A stretch of 64,000 nucleotides of DNA from Bacteroidales bacterium (GTDB lineage Bacteria > Bacteroidota > Bacteroidia > Bacteroidales > UBA7960), in the NCBI GenBank assembly GCA_046261715.1, contig JBHEOF010000001.1, positions 29,690-93,689 on the forward strand, in the 5' to 3' direction. Positions 39,828-48,993 of this stretch are shown in pieces (position 1 is the stretch's first letter; each line of letters begins with the position of its first letter). Position numbers and translations under genes: made by a program. Under the pieces are notes generated by a model. It saw only the letters and a list, made by a program, of their open reading frames with translations, ran no database searches and was not told the origin of the DNA.

Positions 39828-40340
39828 TTATTCAAGACCTAACTTAGCCTTTACCAAGGGCATAATGTCATCACCCGGATCGGAATATAAAAGAACTCCA
39901 ACACTGCGGTCAAAAACATACGTATAACCATTTTCCTTAGCAACTTCTTCAATGGCATTACGTGCCTGATCAACAATAGGTTGAAGCAAACGGTTTTCTT
40001 CCTGCACCAGTTCATCCTGTGCTGACTCCTGAAATTCCGTAATTCTTTCCTGTAGACTTGAAAGCTCACGTTCCCTTGATTGGCGAATAAGTTGCGACAG
40101 ATTTTCCTGGTTTTCAAGATAGTCCTGGTATTTGGTCTGAAATTCTCTTTGCATAGTTGTAAACTGTGTTTCCAGTTCCTGTGCAAATTTTTCAAGTTGT
40201 TGTGATGCTTCTTCCCTGCCGGGCATCATCTGAAGCAATTCATTGGTATTGATATGACCAAATTTCTCCTGAGCGTTAGCGGTGGCATTCATTCCAAGAA
40301 AGAATACCATCAATACTGCAATGCTAAAAATCTTTTTCAT
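39828..40340 (-). CDS. OmpH/Skp-family periplasmic chaperone (the KFGHIN-type paralog)
   Basis: 170 aa with signal peptide. Begins QEKFGHINTNELLQMMP, has a long coiled-coil arm, and ends GYTYVFD. Confidence 0.85.
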   Translation of the reverse strand: MKKIFSIAVLMVFFLGMNATANAQEKFGHINTNELLQMMPGREEASQQLEKFAQELETQFTTMQREFQTKYQDYLENQENLSQLIRQSRERELSSLQERITEFQESAQDELVQEENRLLQPIVDQARNAIEEVAKENGYTYVFDRSVGVLLYSDPGDDIMPLVKAKLGLE

Positions 40341-40500
40341 TTTGAATAGTTTAGGTTTAAAGTGTTTTTAATCTCCCCCTCACGAGGTTGTCTTTCAGGT
40401 TATTTAAGTGATTAGTTAACAAATTTCCTGCCATTTTTTAAGGGCACAAATATAAAAATTATAAACGAATAACAACCCATTTTAACAGCATTTAATAACA

Positions 40501-40542
40501 GAGTTAGATTAAGGTTGAGATTGAGATTAGGATTAGGTTCAG
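40501..40542 (+). repeat. hexamer tandem array (GRTTRR)x7, C-free on the + strand
   Basis: Read directly: GAGTTA GATTAA GGTTGA GATTGA GATTAG GATTAG GTTCAG. There is no C between 40500 and 40539. Confidence 0.8.
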
Positions 40543-40581
40543 ATGTGAATTTCGTAAAAATATGACAAAAAATAAAAATTT

Positions 40582-40611
40582 TTTGCAATTCAAAAATGTT
40601 GCGTATATTTG
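40582..40611 (+). promoter_or_regulatory. putative Bacteroidota sigma-A promoter for tRNA-Gly (-33 TTTG / -7 TAnnTTTG)
   Basis: TTTG at 40582-40585 and TATATTTG at 40604-40611. The latter lies 18 nt upstream of the mature tRNA 5-prime end. Confidence 0.45.
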
Positions 40612-40628
40612 CAACCGCAATTACAAAA

Positions 40629-40701
<73 letters not shown>

Positions 40702-40704
40702 CAA

Positions 40705-40731
40705 AGACCTCTGAAAAAGAGGTTTTTTTTT
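40705..40731 (+). terminator. intrinsic terminator after tRNA-Gly
   Basis: ACCTCT-GAAAA-AGAGGT followed by T9. Confidence 0.65.
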
Positions 40732-40758
40732 GCTATAAGTTTTGGTTTGGTAAATTTG
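40729..40758 (+). promoter_or_regulatory. putative promoter for tRNA-Leu (-33 TTTG / -7 TAnnTTTG)
   Basis: TTTG at 40729-40732 and TAAATTTG at 40751-40758. The latter lies 20 nt upstream of the tRNA 5-prime end. Confidence 0.4.
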
Positions 40759-40778
40759 TAGCAAAGTTCTTTAAAAAC

Positions 40779-40863
40779 GCCCGGATGGTGGAATTGGTAG
40801 ACACCCAGGACTTAAAATCCTGTGGCCATTGCGGCCGTGCCGGTTCGAGCCCGGCTCCGGGTA
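40779..40863 (+). tRNA. tRNA-Leu (anticodon TAA), type II with long variable arm
   Basis: GCCCGGA-TG-GTGG-AATTGGTAG-ACAC-...-CAGGA-CTTAAAA-TCCTG-(variable arm TGGCCATTGCGGCCGT)-GCCGG-TTCGAGC-CCGGC-TCCGGGT-A. Confidence 0.95.
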
Positions 40864-40876
40864 CGTTTTAAAGCTC

Positions 40877-40905
40877 AGCCTCCTGATTATCAGGGGGCTT
40901 TTTTA
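40877..40905 (+). terminator. intrinsic terminator after tRNA-Leu
   Basis: AGCCTCCTGA-TTA-TCAGGGGGCT (10-bp stem with one G.U pair) followed by T6. Confidence 0.65.
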
Positions 40906-40939
40906 TAACATTATGCACCACATGAAGTATATCGACACT

Positions 40940-40981
40940 CCCTAAACCCTAATCACTAATCACTAATCCCTAATCCCCCCT
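40940..40981 (-). repeat. heptamer tandem array, (KGATTAG)n on the minus strand / (CMCTAAW)n on the plus strand, G-free on the + strand
   Basis: Read directly: CCCTAAA CCCTAAT CACTAAT CACTAAT CCCTAAT CCCCCCT. The array ends about 8 nt from the gatD stop codon (40989-40991). The first two units equal the plant telomere unit CCCTAAA. Confidence 0.8.
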
Positions 40982-40988
40982 CACCATA

Positions 40989-42374
40989 CTACTTTCTGAA
41001 CTTCTTAATAAACTCTTCCACTTCCGGCAATCCTCCCTGGTAAACCAGGTAACCATTATAAGGTTCCCGGGGAGTAATATCATCGTTCATCGGGGTAAGC
41101 ATCATGCGTTTTACTTCTTCGGGGTCGTTGGTTTGCCCAAGTACCCAACCCAGTTTTATATAAGCCACTTCGGGTAACATATTTTCAGCGGGTATAACCC
41201 CCAGTGCCATAAGCTCGCGACCAGTTTCATACACAAACATGTGTACATAACCCCAAAGGGTTTGCACAGTCATATAAACTGCAACACCTTTTTTACAGGC
41301 TCGTTTCAATGCAGGATAAAGCGGTTTGTTGACATGACCCAAACCCGTTCCGGCAATAATGATACCCTTGTAACCATTATCAACAAGAGAATCTATCATA
41401 TCAGGCATCATATTGGGGTAGTAGTATACCATGGCTACTTTTTCTTCAAAATAAGGATAGATCTTCACCTTATTATCCTTGCGCCTTGGGTTATATTCAG
41501 TTTTAATAGGTACCACACCCTTCCTTGTAACCCTGGCCAAAGGAGTATCACCCAGTGTGCGAAATGTACTGCGATATGAAGAATGCATTTTCCTGACCCG
41601 GGTACCACGATGTAGCAGCGCGTATTCATCAGAGGTGGGCCCGAACATGCATACCATTACTTCTGCGATATCAGCATAACCGGCCGTATAACATGCATGC
41701 ATAAGATTCAGAGCTGCATCAGAAGAAGGCCTGTCGGATGAACGCTGCGAACCAACCAGTACAATGGGTACCGGCGAATCCTGTATCATATAGGTCAATG
41801 CAGCGGCGGTATGATGCAGGGTATCGGTACCATGCCCGATCACGATACCCTGTATTCCGTTTTCAATCTCTTTACCAATGGCAACAGCCAGCTTTTTATA
41901 CTGTTCCGGACCCATATTTTCGCTAAAAACAGCAAAAACCTTTTCTGTAGTAAGATTGCAGATATCAGCCAACTCGGGTACTGCACCATACAATTCACCC
42001 GGACTGAAGGCCGGAATCACTGCTCCGGTCCGGTAATCGAGCCGCGATGCAATAGTACCGCCGGTTCCAATAAGTTTTACTTTGGGCAAACCTTTGGTAT
42101 AGGGAAACTCTTTCTCCGGAATCTTGTAGTTTGCCTTCTTATAGCCTGTTTCCTTCATTGACAAAATGGTGCCCACATCAATACCAATATTGTATCCCGT
42201 ATCAATTTTTAACACAATGTGGGTGTCATCATCATTTTCAGACCTGGGAAGTACGGTGCCTGAAAAATTACCCCGGGAGGTTTCGATCTTACACTGCCCC
42301 CAAACCCTAACATTATATTTTTTAAGCACCTTTAGTGCTGTATTCTTATAGCCCTGAAAATAATCTTCTGCCAT
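40989..42374 (-). CDS. gatD: archaeal-type Glu-tRNA(Gln) amidotransferase subunit D homologue (GatD)
   Basis: 461 aa. GatD-specific N-terminal domain (CKIETSRGNFSGTVLP...VLKIDTGYNIGIDV). The asparaginase core carries GTGGTIASRLDYRTGAV, GHGTDT and the GatD hallmark VGSQRSSDRPSSDAALNL...RKMHSS.R..F. Confidence 0.88.
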   Translation of the reverse strand: MAEDYFQGYKNTALKVLKKYNVRVWGQCKIETSRGNFSGTVLPRSENDDDTHIVLKIDTGYNIGIDVGTILSMKETGYKKANYKIPEKEFPYTKGLPKVKLIGTGGTIASRLDYRTGAVIPAFSPGELYGAVPELADICNLTTEKVFAVFSENMGPEQYKKLAVAIGKEIENGIQGIVIGHGTDTLHHTAAALTYMIQDSPVPIVLVGSQRSSDRPSSDAALNLMHACYTAGYADIAEVMVCMFGPTSDEYALLHRGTRVRKMHSSYRSTFRTLGDTPLARVTRKGVVPIKTEYNPRRKDNKVKIYPYFEEKVAMVYYYPNMMPDMIDSLVDNGYKGIIIAGTGLGHVNKPLYPALKRACKKGVAVYMTVQTLWGYVHMFVYETGRELMALGVIPAENMLPEVAYIKLGWVLGQTNDPEEVKRMMLTPMNDDITPREPYNGYLVYQGGLPEVEEFIKKFRK

Positions 42375-42402
42375 CTGATTTTATTTTTATTATTTATGTG
42401 AG

Positions 42403-44382
42403 TTATTCGCATTCTTTTTCACCAATCTTTTTCCTGAGTTCCTGTAAACTGATATTTCCGAGAGCTTTTGAACGCAGGCGACCCATGATCCAATCGGTTC
42501 TGGCATCAGTTCTTTTACTTTTTCGTATTGCACAATACTTATTTTCAAGAAAAGGAATATCTTCAAGAATCTGCTTCACAGAATATGGCTTGTATTTAAC
42601 GCTAATAAGAAGCGAATCAAAATCCATTTTGGGATGCTGATACAAAACCGGCAGCAAATCAAATACGATTGCCATATCAAGTTTCTTTTTCCTGATTTTT
42701 TTTATCAGCATAGATATAAGACCATAATGAAAATCTTTTGATGCCGGAAATTGTCCTTCAATATATTTGAGTCTGTGCCCCAGCAATGTACCTGCAAATA
42801 CCGGGTCTTCATTTAATTCTGTAATTAGTTTTTCCAAAACAGGAAAAAGATCTTTTTTCAGAATATATTCATAAGTATCTTCCGGGATTCCCCATTTTTG
42901 CATTTGTCTGTAAGCATTGATGGACGCTACAGGGATTCTTTTTCGCAGCTCATCAATATAATCATCTTTCAAAGGTATGGGTGCCGAATCGGTATCCGGG
43001 TACATTCGATCGGCACCGGGCAAAACACGTTCAAAGATGGTAGTACCATCGGGCATAGATTTGCGGGTTTCGTTGGGAACGCCGTCAAATGCCCATTTAC
43101 ACCTTTCTTCAACGGTTTCCGCGGCGGTAGGCATATCATCTTCCGGCCCCCAGAAAACCAGCAACGCATCATCTGTGCGGGCAGAAAGCATTTTTTTGAT
43201 CATGACCCAGCTTTTCTCTCCAATTATGGGTTTAAGGTTTTCGTCATGATCCATATTGGGTATTTCAATACAGGCAATTACTTTCAGCCGTTCACTTATT
43301 TCATCGGCAAATACTTTCCCGGGCTGTGTAAAATGCGAAAGGATTCCTCTGAAACCCGGTAATGCCAATGCGTACATATGCCATTTATTTTCTTTTACCT
43401 GCTTTGCAAATCTGGGTTTCAGCTCAAGAGCTTCAGGATCCAGCCGCTGCGATTGCATTTTCCATAGATCAGGATTTTTTACTTTATTTTGCAGCAACGA
43501 CCTAACATTAAGCAGTGCCCACTGCCGGAAACTTTCATTGTGTGTAAGTAAAGGTATCTGGCGAATGCGTGGCACACCCTTGATCTCAATCCGGGTACCC
43601 CCGCGACAACTCACATTTACATCCTGTCGTGCAGCGCCCATTCCCGTCATTACTTTACCCGTACTTCTGTTTAAAAAACGGATGAACTGGCACGCATCGG
43701 CTACTTCCTTCGGATTTACCATATCAGGGTAAGTTACTGTTTCAATAAGCGGCATGCCCAACCGGTCGGTTTTGTAAATGCGCCTGTGCCCCACGTCTGA
43801 TATTTCACGACATGAATCTTCCTCAATACTCAATTGTATGAGCCTGATTTTTTTATAAGGTAGCTCAATCTCTCCCTCCACCCCAATTATGGCGGTGCGT
43901 TGAAACCCGGTGGGTATACTCCCGTCAAGGTATTGCTTGCGTGTAATATGCACTTCTCCAACAATATTGAGTTTTTTCAGCAGGGAGACCTCAATGGCAA
44001 TTTCAAGGGCTTCACGGTTAAGAGGGAAAGGTGGAGTATCATCAACCTCGTAAGTACAGGTGGTTTCGTTCTTAATCCGGTACACAATTTCTTTACGGGT
44101 TTTAAACTCCATAAGAGCTGTTCCGTCATATTCGCCCAGTTCGCTGAGTGTTGGCCGCATATGGCGAATTACTTCAGCGTCGTATTCATTATCATTCTGG
44201 TATATACCTGTTGGGCAGCGGCAGAAAAGCTTTTTATCTGTTTTTAATTGCTGATGAACTTCTAGCCCCGACATAAATCCGATACGATCATAATCGGCCT
44301 GGGTAGCATCTTTAAAGTTCACATAGCCAATAGACTCAAGCGTTTGCTTGTAATTCCGGCGGGCATCAAACTTTTTTTTCAC
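42403..44382 (-). CDS. gatE: archaeal-type Glu-tRNA(Gln) amidotransferase subunit E homologue (GatE)
   Basis: 659 aa. Motifs GLEVHQQLKT.KKLFCRCP, RHMRPTLSELGEYDGTAL, YEVDDTPPFPLN, RKQYLDGSIPTGFQRTAII and LSIEEDSCR, plus a long insertion and a YqeY-like tail. It has the GatE/GatB kinase-type fold at GatE length and lies adjacent to gatD. Confidence 0.82.
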   Translation of the reverse strand: MKKKFDARRNYKQTLESIGYVNFKDATQADYDRIGFMSGLEVHQQLKTDKKLFCRCPTGIYQNDNEYDAEVIRHMRPTLSELGEYDGTALMEFKTRKEIVYRIKNETTCTYEVDDTPPFPLNREALEIAIEVSLLKKLNIVGEVHITRKQYLDGSIPTGFQRTAIIGVEGEIELPYKKIRLIQLSIEEDSCREISDVGHRRIYKTDRLGMPLIETVTYPDMVNPKEVADACQFIRFLNRSTGKVMTGMGAARQDVNVSCRGGTRIEIKGVPRIRQIPLLTHNESFRQWALLNVRSLLQNKVKNPDLWKMQSQRLDPEALELKPRFAKQVKENKWHMYALALPGFRGILSHFTQPGKVFADEISERLKVIACIEIPNMDHDENLKPIIGEKSWVMIKKMLSARTDDALLVFWGPEDDMPTAAETVEERCKWAFDGVPNETRKSMPDGTTIFERVLPGADRMYPDTDSAPIPLKDDYIDELRKRIPVASINAYRQMQKWGIPEDTYEYILKKDLFPVLEKLITELNEDPVFAGTLLGHRLKYIEGQFPASKDFHYGLISMLIKKIRKKKLDMAIVFDLLPVLYQHPKMDFDSLLISVKYKPYSVKQILEDIPFLENKYCAIRKSKRTDARTDWIMGRLRSKALGNISLQELRKKIGEKECE

Positions 44383-44399
44383 GTAAGCTGATTTTTAGT

Positions 44400-45527
44400 T
44401 TAATTTTCTGATTTTATGTAATTTACGTTTCTTTCTTCGAGATAATCCATAACAAATTCAAAGGCATCTTCATCCATACCAATAAGTTCAGGAGGAAAAA
44501 CTCCTTTCCCCGAAAATCTTCCCTGCAAGATCAGTTCTGCATGTGCTGTTGCAGTAAAACCGGTTGTGCGGGACATGGAAGCCAAACCGGCTTTTTCATC
44601 AAACTCATCATACAGATCATACGTTATAGTATGCGGTTTGCCATCCATTTTTCCTTGTACTTTTATTCTCATAACAGTAAAGTCATGTTCACCGGCATCA
44701 AGCTTCCAGTCATTGATCAAAACCTTGCTGGTAAAATCAATGGGCCGTATAGCTGTGTTGTTTACAGTAATCGGATCTTTTTTAAAGAAGCCTGCTGTTT
44801 TAAGAGCCTGGATAAGATTGATATGTCCGGGATATCTGAGTGTTTTTTCTTTCATATTGGGAATATGCGGCAGATTCTTCAGCAACGACCTCAAGCCATC
44901 AGTATAAAATGCCTCAAGGGTTCCCACTTTTTCAAAAAATAACAGCTCAGGTTCGCTCATGGCTGGTTTAGTCATTTGCTTTCCCTTCTCAATATAGCGT
45001 GCCGGCCGGGTATACTCTTCAATAACATCTATCGGAGAAAAAGGTGCTTTGTAATAAAAAGGGTAAATTTTTACTTTTGGCAACCCTCCAACCATGTATT
45101 CAAGGCTCTCTATCTCCATAATTTCATTGAGATAACCTGCAATAAGATTGGGTATGCCCGGAGCAACACCGCAATCGGTTATGGCAGTTACCCCCTTTTC
45201 AGCCGCCAATGCATTCAGGGCCATGTAATCTTCGGGCATAAAAGAAATATCTACAATATTCTTTCCGGCTTGAATTACCGTACGTAACAGATCGAAACCC
45301 ATAAAACCAGGTACTGCAGATATTACAAGATCAAAGCCGGAGATTAGCTTGGTTATACTTTCTTCCTCCATGAAGTTAACCGGCTGAGTTTTTATACCAA
45401 AATTACTTTTCAGAAATTCCAGTGATTTTTTATCAATATCAGCTGATGTAACATCATGATTTTCTGAAAGATCGATAGCAATTGCTTTACCTATCATTCC
45501 TGCGCCCAATACGATTATCTTGCTCAT
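44400..45527 (-). CDS. saccharopine-dehydrogenase-family NAD(P)-binding oxidoreductase
   Basis: 375 aa. N-terminal Rossmann motif KIIVLGAGMIGKAIAIDL and a Sacchrp_dh-like C-terminal domain. It ends 17 nt before the gatE start on the same strand. Confidence 0.78.
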   Translation of the reverse strand: MSKIIVLGAGMIGKAIAIDLSENHDVTSADIDKKSLEFLKSNFGIKTQPVNFMEEESITKLISGFDLVISAVPGFMGFDLLRTVIQAGKNIVDISFMPEDYMALNALAAEKGVTAITDCGVAPGIPNLIAGYLNEIMEIESLEYMVGGLPKVKIYPFYYKAPFSPIDVIEEYTRPARYIEKGKQMTKPAMSEPELLFFEKVGTLEAFYTDGLRSLLKNLPHIPNMKEKTLRYPGHINLIQALKTAGFFKKDPITVNNTAIRPIDFTSKVLINDWKLDAGEHDFTVMRIKVQGKMDGKPHTITYDLYDEFDEKAGLASMSRTTGFTATAHAELILQGRFSGKGVFPPELIGMDEDAFEFVMDYLEERNVNYIKSEN

Positions 45528-45796
45528 AACGTTATAATTTTGAATTTAATTAATGTGTAAATGTGATTCCCGAAAAAATTAAAGCTTCAAAAAATAGTAG
45601 TTTTACTGTATTTTCATAGCTTACGGCGAACTAAATTAGCAAAATTGCGAAACAATAAATATCCGCGAATCAAAAAATAATCAAAAACATTAATTTTGCC
45701 GGTAATCACCGGACAAAAATAAAACATACTCCCTTAGTTATCATATGATTTTACAGGGAGTGGTTAATTATCTCAAAAGTTTTGAGGAAATAATAT

Positions 45797-47620
45797 ATGA
45801 TAGCCCGCAGTACCCAATCAGACTTTTTTTCCCGCAGAAAAATTTCAGTCATAGTCTTTTTCATTATTATAGGGTTTCTTTACCTCGCCAGGTTGTATCA
45901 TATCCAGATCATTGATCACCGATACAAGATATATGCAAGCAGCAATGTTCAGCGGGTTATTACCGATTATGCTGCCCGTGGATTGATTTATGACCGGAAC
46001 GGAGAATTACTTGTTTATAATGAACCTTATTATGACCTGATGGTAATACCCCGGCAGGTTACATCAATTGATACTACTGAATTTATCCGCCTGTTAGATA
46101 TAACCGAGGAGCAGTTTACAAACCGAATGCAGGCAGCCACCAGTCATAGCAGATATAAAGGCAGTGTATTTGAGCGACAGATATCAAAGGATGTGTATGC
46201 CGTTTTACAGGAGAAACTGTTCAGGTTTCCGGGTTTTTATGTGCAACCACGTACTTTGCGTAAATATCCTTATCAAATGGCTGCCCATATTTTCGGTTAT
46301 GTAGGCGAAGCAGGGCCGTCAACCATTGAAAACGAACCTTATTACAAATCCGGCGATTATATAGGTATTTCAGGTATTGAAAAGCATTATGAAGAAATTC
46401 TCAGGGGACAAAAAGGATCAAGGATAATTCTTGTTGATGCACTAAACCGTGATATCGGTCCATTTCAGGATGGCCGTTATGATACTCTCGCTGTTGCAGG
46501 AACAGATCTTTTTACATCACTTGATTATGAGCTTCAATTGTATGGCGAAAGGTTAATGCAAAACAAACGGGGAAGTATTGTAGCCATTGAACCTTCAACG
46601 GGCGAAATTCTGGCTTTGGTAACGTCACCGGGATATGATCCTAATCTGCTTGTTGGAAGGATTCGTTCGCAGAACTACAGAAATCTTCAGGAAGATACCC
46701 TCAAGCCTTTATTCAACCGGGCACTTATGGCCAGTTACCCTCCGGGTTCTGTATTTAAGATCGCAAATTTCCTGGTAGGCCTTCAGGAAGGTGGCATCAA
46801 TCTGAATTCACGCTATTCATGTCCGGGTTATTATTATAGTGGTGGTATCACCGTAAAATGCCGTACCCACCCGCAACCTGTAAATGTTATAACCGCCATT
46901 CAGCATAGTTGCAATACATTTTCATGCATTCAGTTCAGAAATACCCTGGAACTGCCAAAATTTGGAAGTATGCAGGAGGCATTAACCACATGGCGAAACC
47001 ACCTGGTGAGTATGGGATTTGGCCGGACCTTCAACAGCGACCTGCCTTATGAATTAAGCGGATTGCTGGGAAGCGCCGATTACTATGATGGCATTTACGG
47101 ACCACGGGGATGGCGCACACTTACAGTTATTTCACTTGCCATTGGTCAGGGTGAGATAGGAACAACGCCGCTGCAGCTGGCAAATCTGGCTGCAACCGTT
47201 GCAAACAGGGGGGTTTATTATACCCCTCATATTGTTAAAGCCTTTGAAACTCCCGATAACCTGAATCCTGAATATATTGAAAAGCAATACACCACAATTG
47301 ACTCAATACATTATGAAACCATGGCAACTGCCATGTATGAAACCGTGGAATCAGGAACCGGAAGATTTTCAAAGATACCGGATATACCTTTTGCCGGAAA
47401 GACAGGTACAGTTCAAAACCCACATGGTGAGAACCACTCTGCGTTTATCGCATTTGCACCGGTAGAAGATCCTAAAATAGCAATATCAGTAATTGTTGAA
47501 AATGCAGGAGGAGGTGCCTCATGGGCCGCACCCATCTCAAGCCTCATGATTGAGAAATATCTCACAGGAGAAATAAAACGCTCCTGGTTTGAACAACGTA
47601 TACTGGATGCCAGCTTTTAA
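45797..47620 (+). CDS. mrdA: penicillin-binding protein 2 (elongasome transpeptidase)
   Basis: 607 aa. N-terminal TM anchor, PBP dimerisation domain, and the motifs SxxK (PPGSVFK), SxN (HSCN) and KTGT (GKTGTVQ). Confidence 0.92.
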   Translation: MIARSTQSDFFSRRKISVIVFFIIIGFLYLARLYHIQIIDHRYKIYASSNVQRVITDYAARGLIYDRNGELLVYNEPYYDLMVIPRQVTSIDTTEFIRLLDITEEQFTNRMQAATSHSRYKGSVFERQISKDVYAVLQEKLFRFPGFYVQPRTLRKYPYQMAAHIFGYVGEAGPSTIENEPYYKSGDYIGISGIEKHYEEILRGQKGSRIILVDALNRDIGPFQDGRYDTLAVAGTDLFTSLDYELQLYGERLMQNKRGSIVAIEPSTGEILALVTSPGYDPNLLVGRIRSQNYRNLQEDTLKPLFNRALMASYPPGSVFKIANFLVGLQEGGINLNSRYSCPGYYYSGGITVKCRTHPQPVNVITAIQHSCNTFSCIQFRNTLELPKFGSMQEALTTWRNHLVSMGFGRTFNSDLPYELSGLLGSADYYDGIYGPRGWRTLTVISLAIGQGEIGTTPLQLANLAATVANRGVYYTPHIVKAFETPDNLNPEYIEKQYTTIDSIHYETMATAMYETVESGTGRFSKIPDIPFAGKTGTVQNPHGENHSAFIAFAPVEDPKIAISVIVENAGGGASWAAPISSLMIEKYLTGEIKRSWFEQRILDASF

Positions 47621-47640
47621 TTATTTGTATTACACTGCAT

Positions 47641-48903
47641 ATGGGAACACAATTTGACTTCTTTAAAAAACTTGATAAAACTACCATTTTTATATACCTG
47701 TGCCTGGTTGTAATAGGATGGATAAGCATATATGCAGCTGAGATTAAAGTTCAGCATTCAAGTATTTTTGATTTCAGCCAAAGCTACGGGAAACAATTTG
47801 TCTGGATTTTAACTTCTATAGTGCTTGGAGTAATTATACTGAGTATAGACGCTAAAATATTCCCCACTTTTGCTTATATCATTTATATACTGGGAATAAT
47901 TTCCCTGATTGGAGTTCTCTTGTTTGGCACCACCATAAACTCTTCAAAATCATGGTTTCAGATAGCTGGAATTGCGATTCAACCTGCCGAATTTGTAAAA
48001 TATGCCACAGCACTTGCCCTGGCCCGGATCATTTACGATAATAAAACCCGATCACAAAACATTAAAACCCTTCTAAAACCGGCGATGCTGGTTGCTCTGC
48101 CGGTAGTTCTTATCTTTTTGCAAAACGACACAGGAACAGCCCTGGTGTTTGCAGCTTTTGTTTTAGTATTTTACCGCGAAGGATTTATTCCGGGCTGGTT
48201 ACTCCTACTGGGTATTGCTGCGGTATTCCTTTTTATACTTACATTACTGTTCAGCGAGTTTTATATTATAGGCGGATTAACTGCCTTGTTTTTGATTTCT
48301 TCATTCTTTTTAAGAAAAAAACCGGCGATTATAAAGCAAATATTTCTACTGCTTATCCTTATAAACGGTTATGTTTATACGGTTAATTATGCTTTTGAAG
48401 AGCTGCTGCAGCCACACCAAAAGATGAGGATAGCAGTACTTATTGATGAAAATATTGATCTGCGGGGAGCAGGATATAACCTGCACCAGTCAAAAATTGC
48501 CATTGGCTCAGGCGGCATGTGGGGCAAGGGTTTTCTGGAAGGTACGCAAACCAAATTCAGCTTCGTACCTGAGCAGGGAACTGATTTTATTTTTTGTACT
48601 ATTGGCGAAGAATGGGGATTTGCAGGTAGTTTTGTGCTTATATCACTGTACATATTTCTGCTGGTACGCATAGTATTACTTGCCGAAAGACAACGATCGG
48701 TTTTCAGCCGGATATTTGGTTACAGTCTTGCTTCTATAGTCTTTTTTCACTTCATGATAAATATTGGGATGACCATCGGACTTGTTCCTGTAATCGGCAT
48801 ACCTCTCCCGTTTATCAGCTACGGTGGATCTTCTCTGTGGGCATTTACCATATTTCTTTTTACATTTTTAAAACTTGACTCAAAAAGACTGGAACTGCTA
48901 TAA
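47641..48903 (+). CDS. rodA: rod shape-determining protein RodA (SEDS family)
   Basis: 420 aa polytopic FtsW/RodA/SpoVE protein (QPAEFVK, DTGTAL, PE..TDFIF, PLPFISYGGSS). It lies directly after mrdA. Confidence 0.92.
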   Translation: MGTQFDFFKKLDKTTIFIYLCLVVIGWISIYAAEIKVQHSSIFDFSQSYGKQFVWILTSIVLGVIILSIDAKIFPTFAYIIYILGIISLIGVLLFGTTINSSKSWFQIAGIAIQPAEFVKYATALALARIIYDNKTRSQNIKTLLKPAMLVALPVVLIFLQNDTGTALVFAAFVLVFYREGFIPGWLLLLGIAAVFLFILTLLFSEFYIIGGLTALFLISSFFLRKKPAIIKQIFLLLILINGYVYTVNYAFEELLQPHQKMRIAVLIDENIDLRGAGYNLHQSKIAIGSGGMWGKGFLEGTQTKFSFVPEQGTDFIFCTIGEEWGFAGSFVLISLYIFLLVRIVLLAERQRSVFSRIFGYSLASIVFFHFMINIGMTIGLVPVIGIPLPFISYGGSSLWAFTIFLFTFLKLDSKRLELL

Positions 48904-48993
48904 ATATAGAATGAAAGCTTTGCTTGCATAACTGCTTAATAATAAATTTTATCTTTATACTTTTGAGCAGTAAATTCAAAAATTCATATAACC

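Noticed and set aside
40940-40953. Telomere-like CCCTAAA CCCTAA units.
   Set aside because: There are only two exact units, embedded in a degenerate heptamer array in the middle of a bacterial gene neighbourhood. There is no evidence of a chromosome end.
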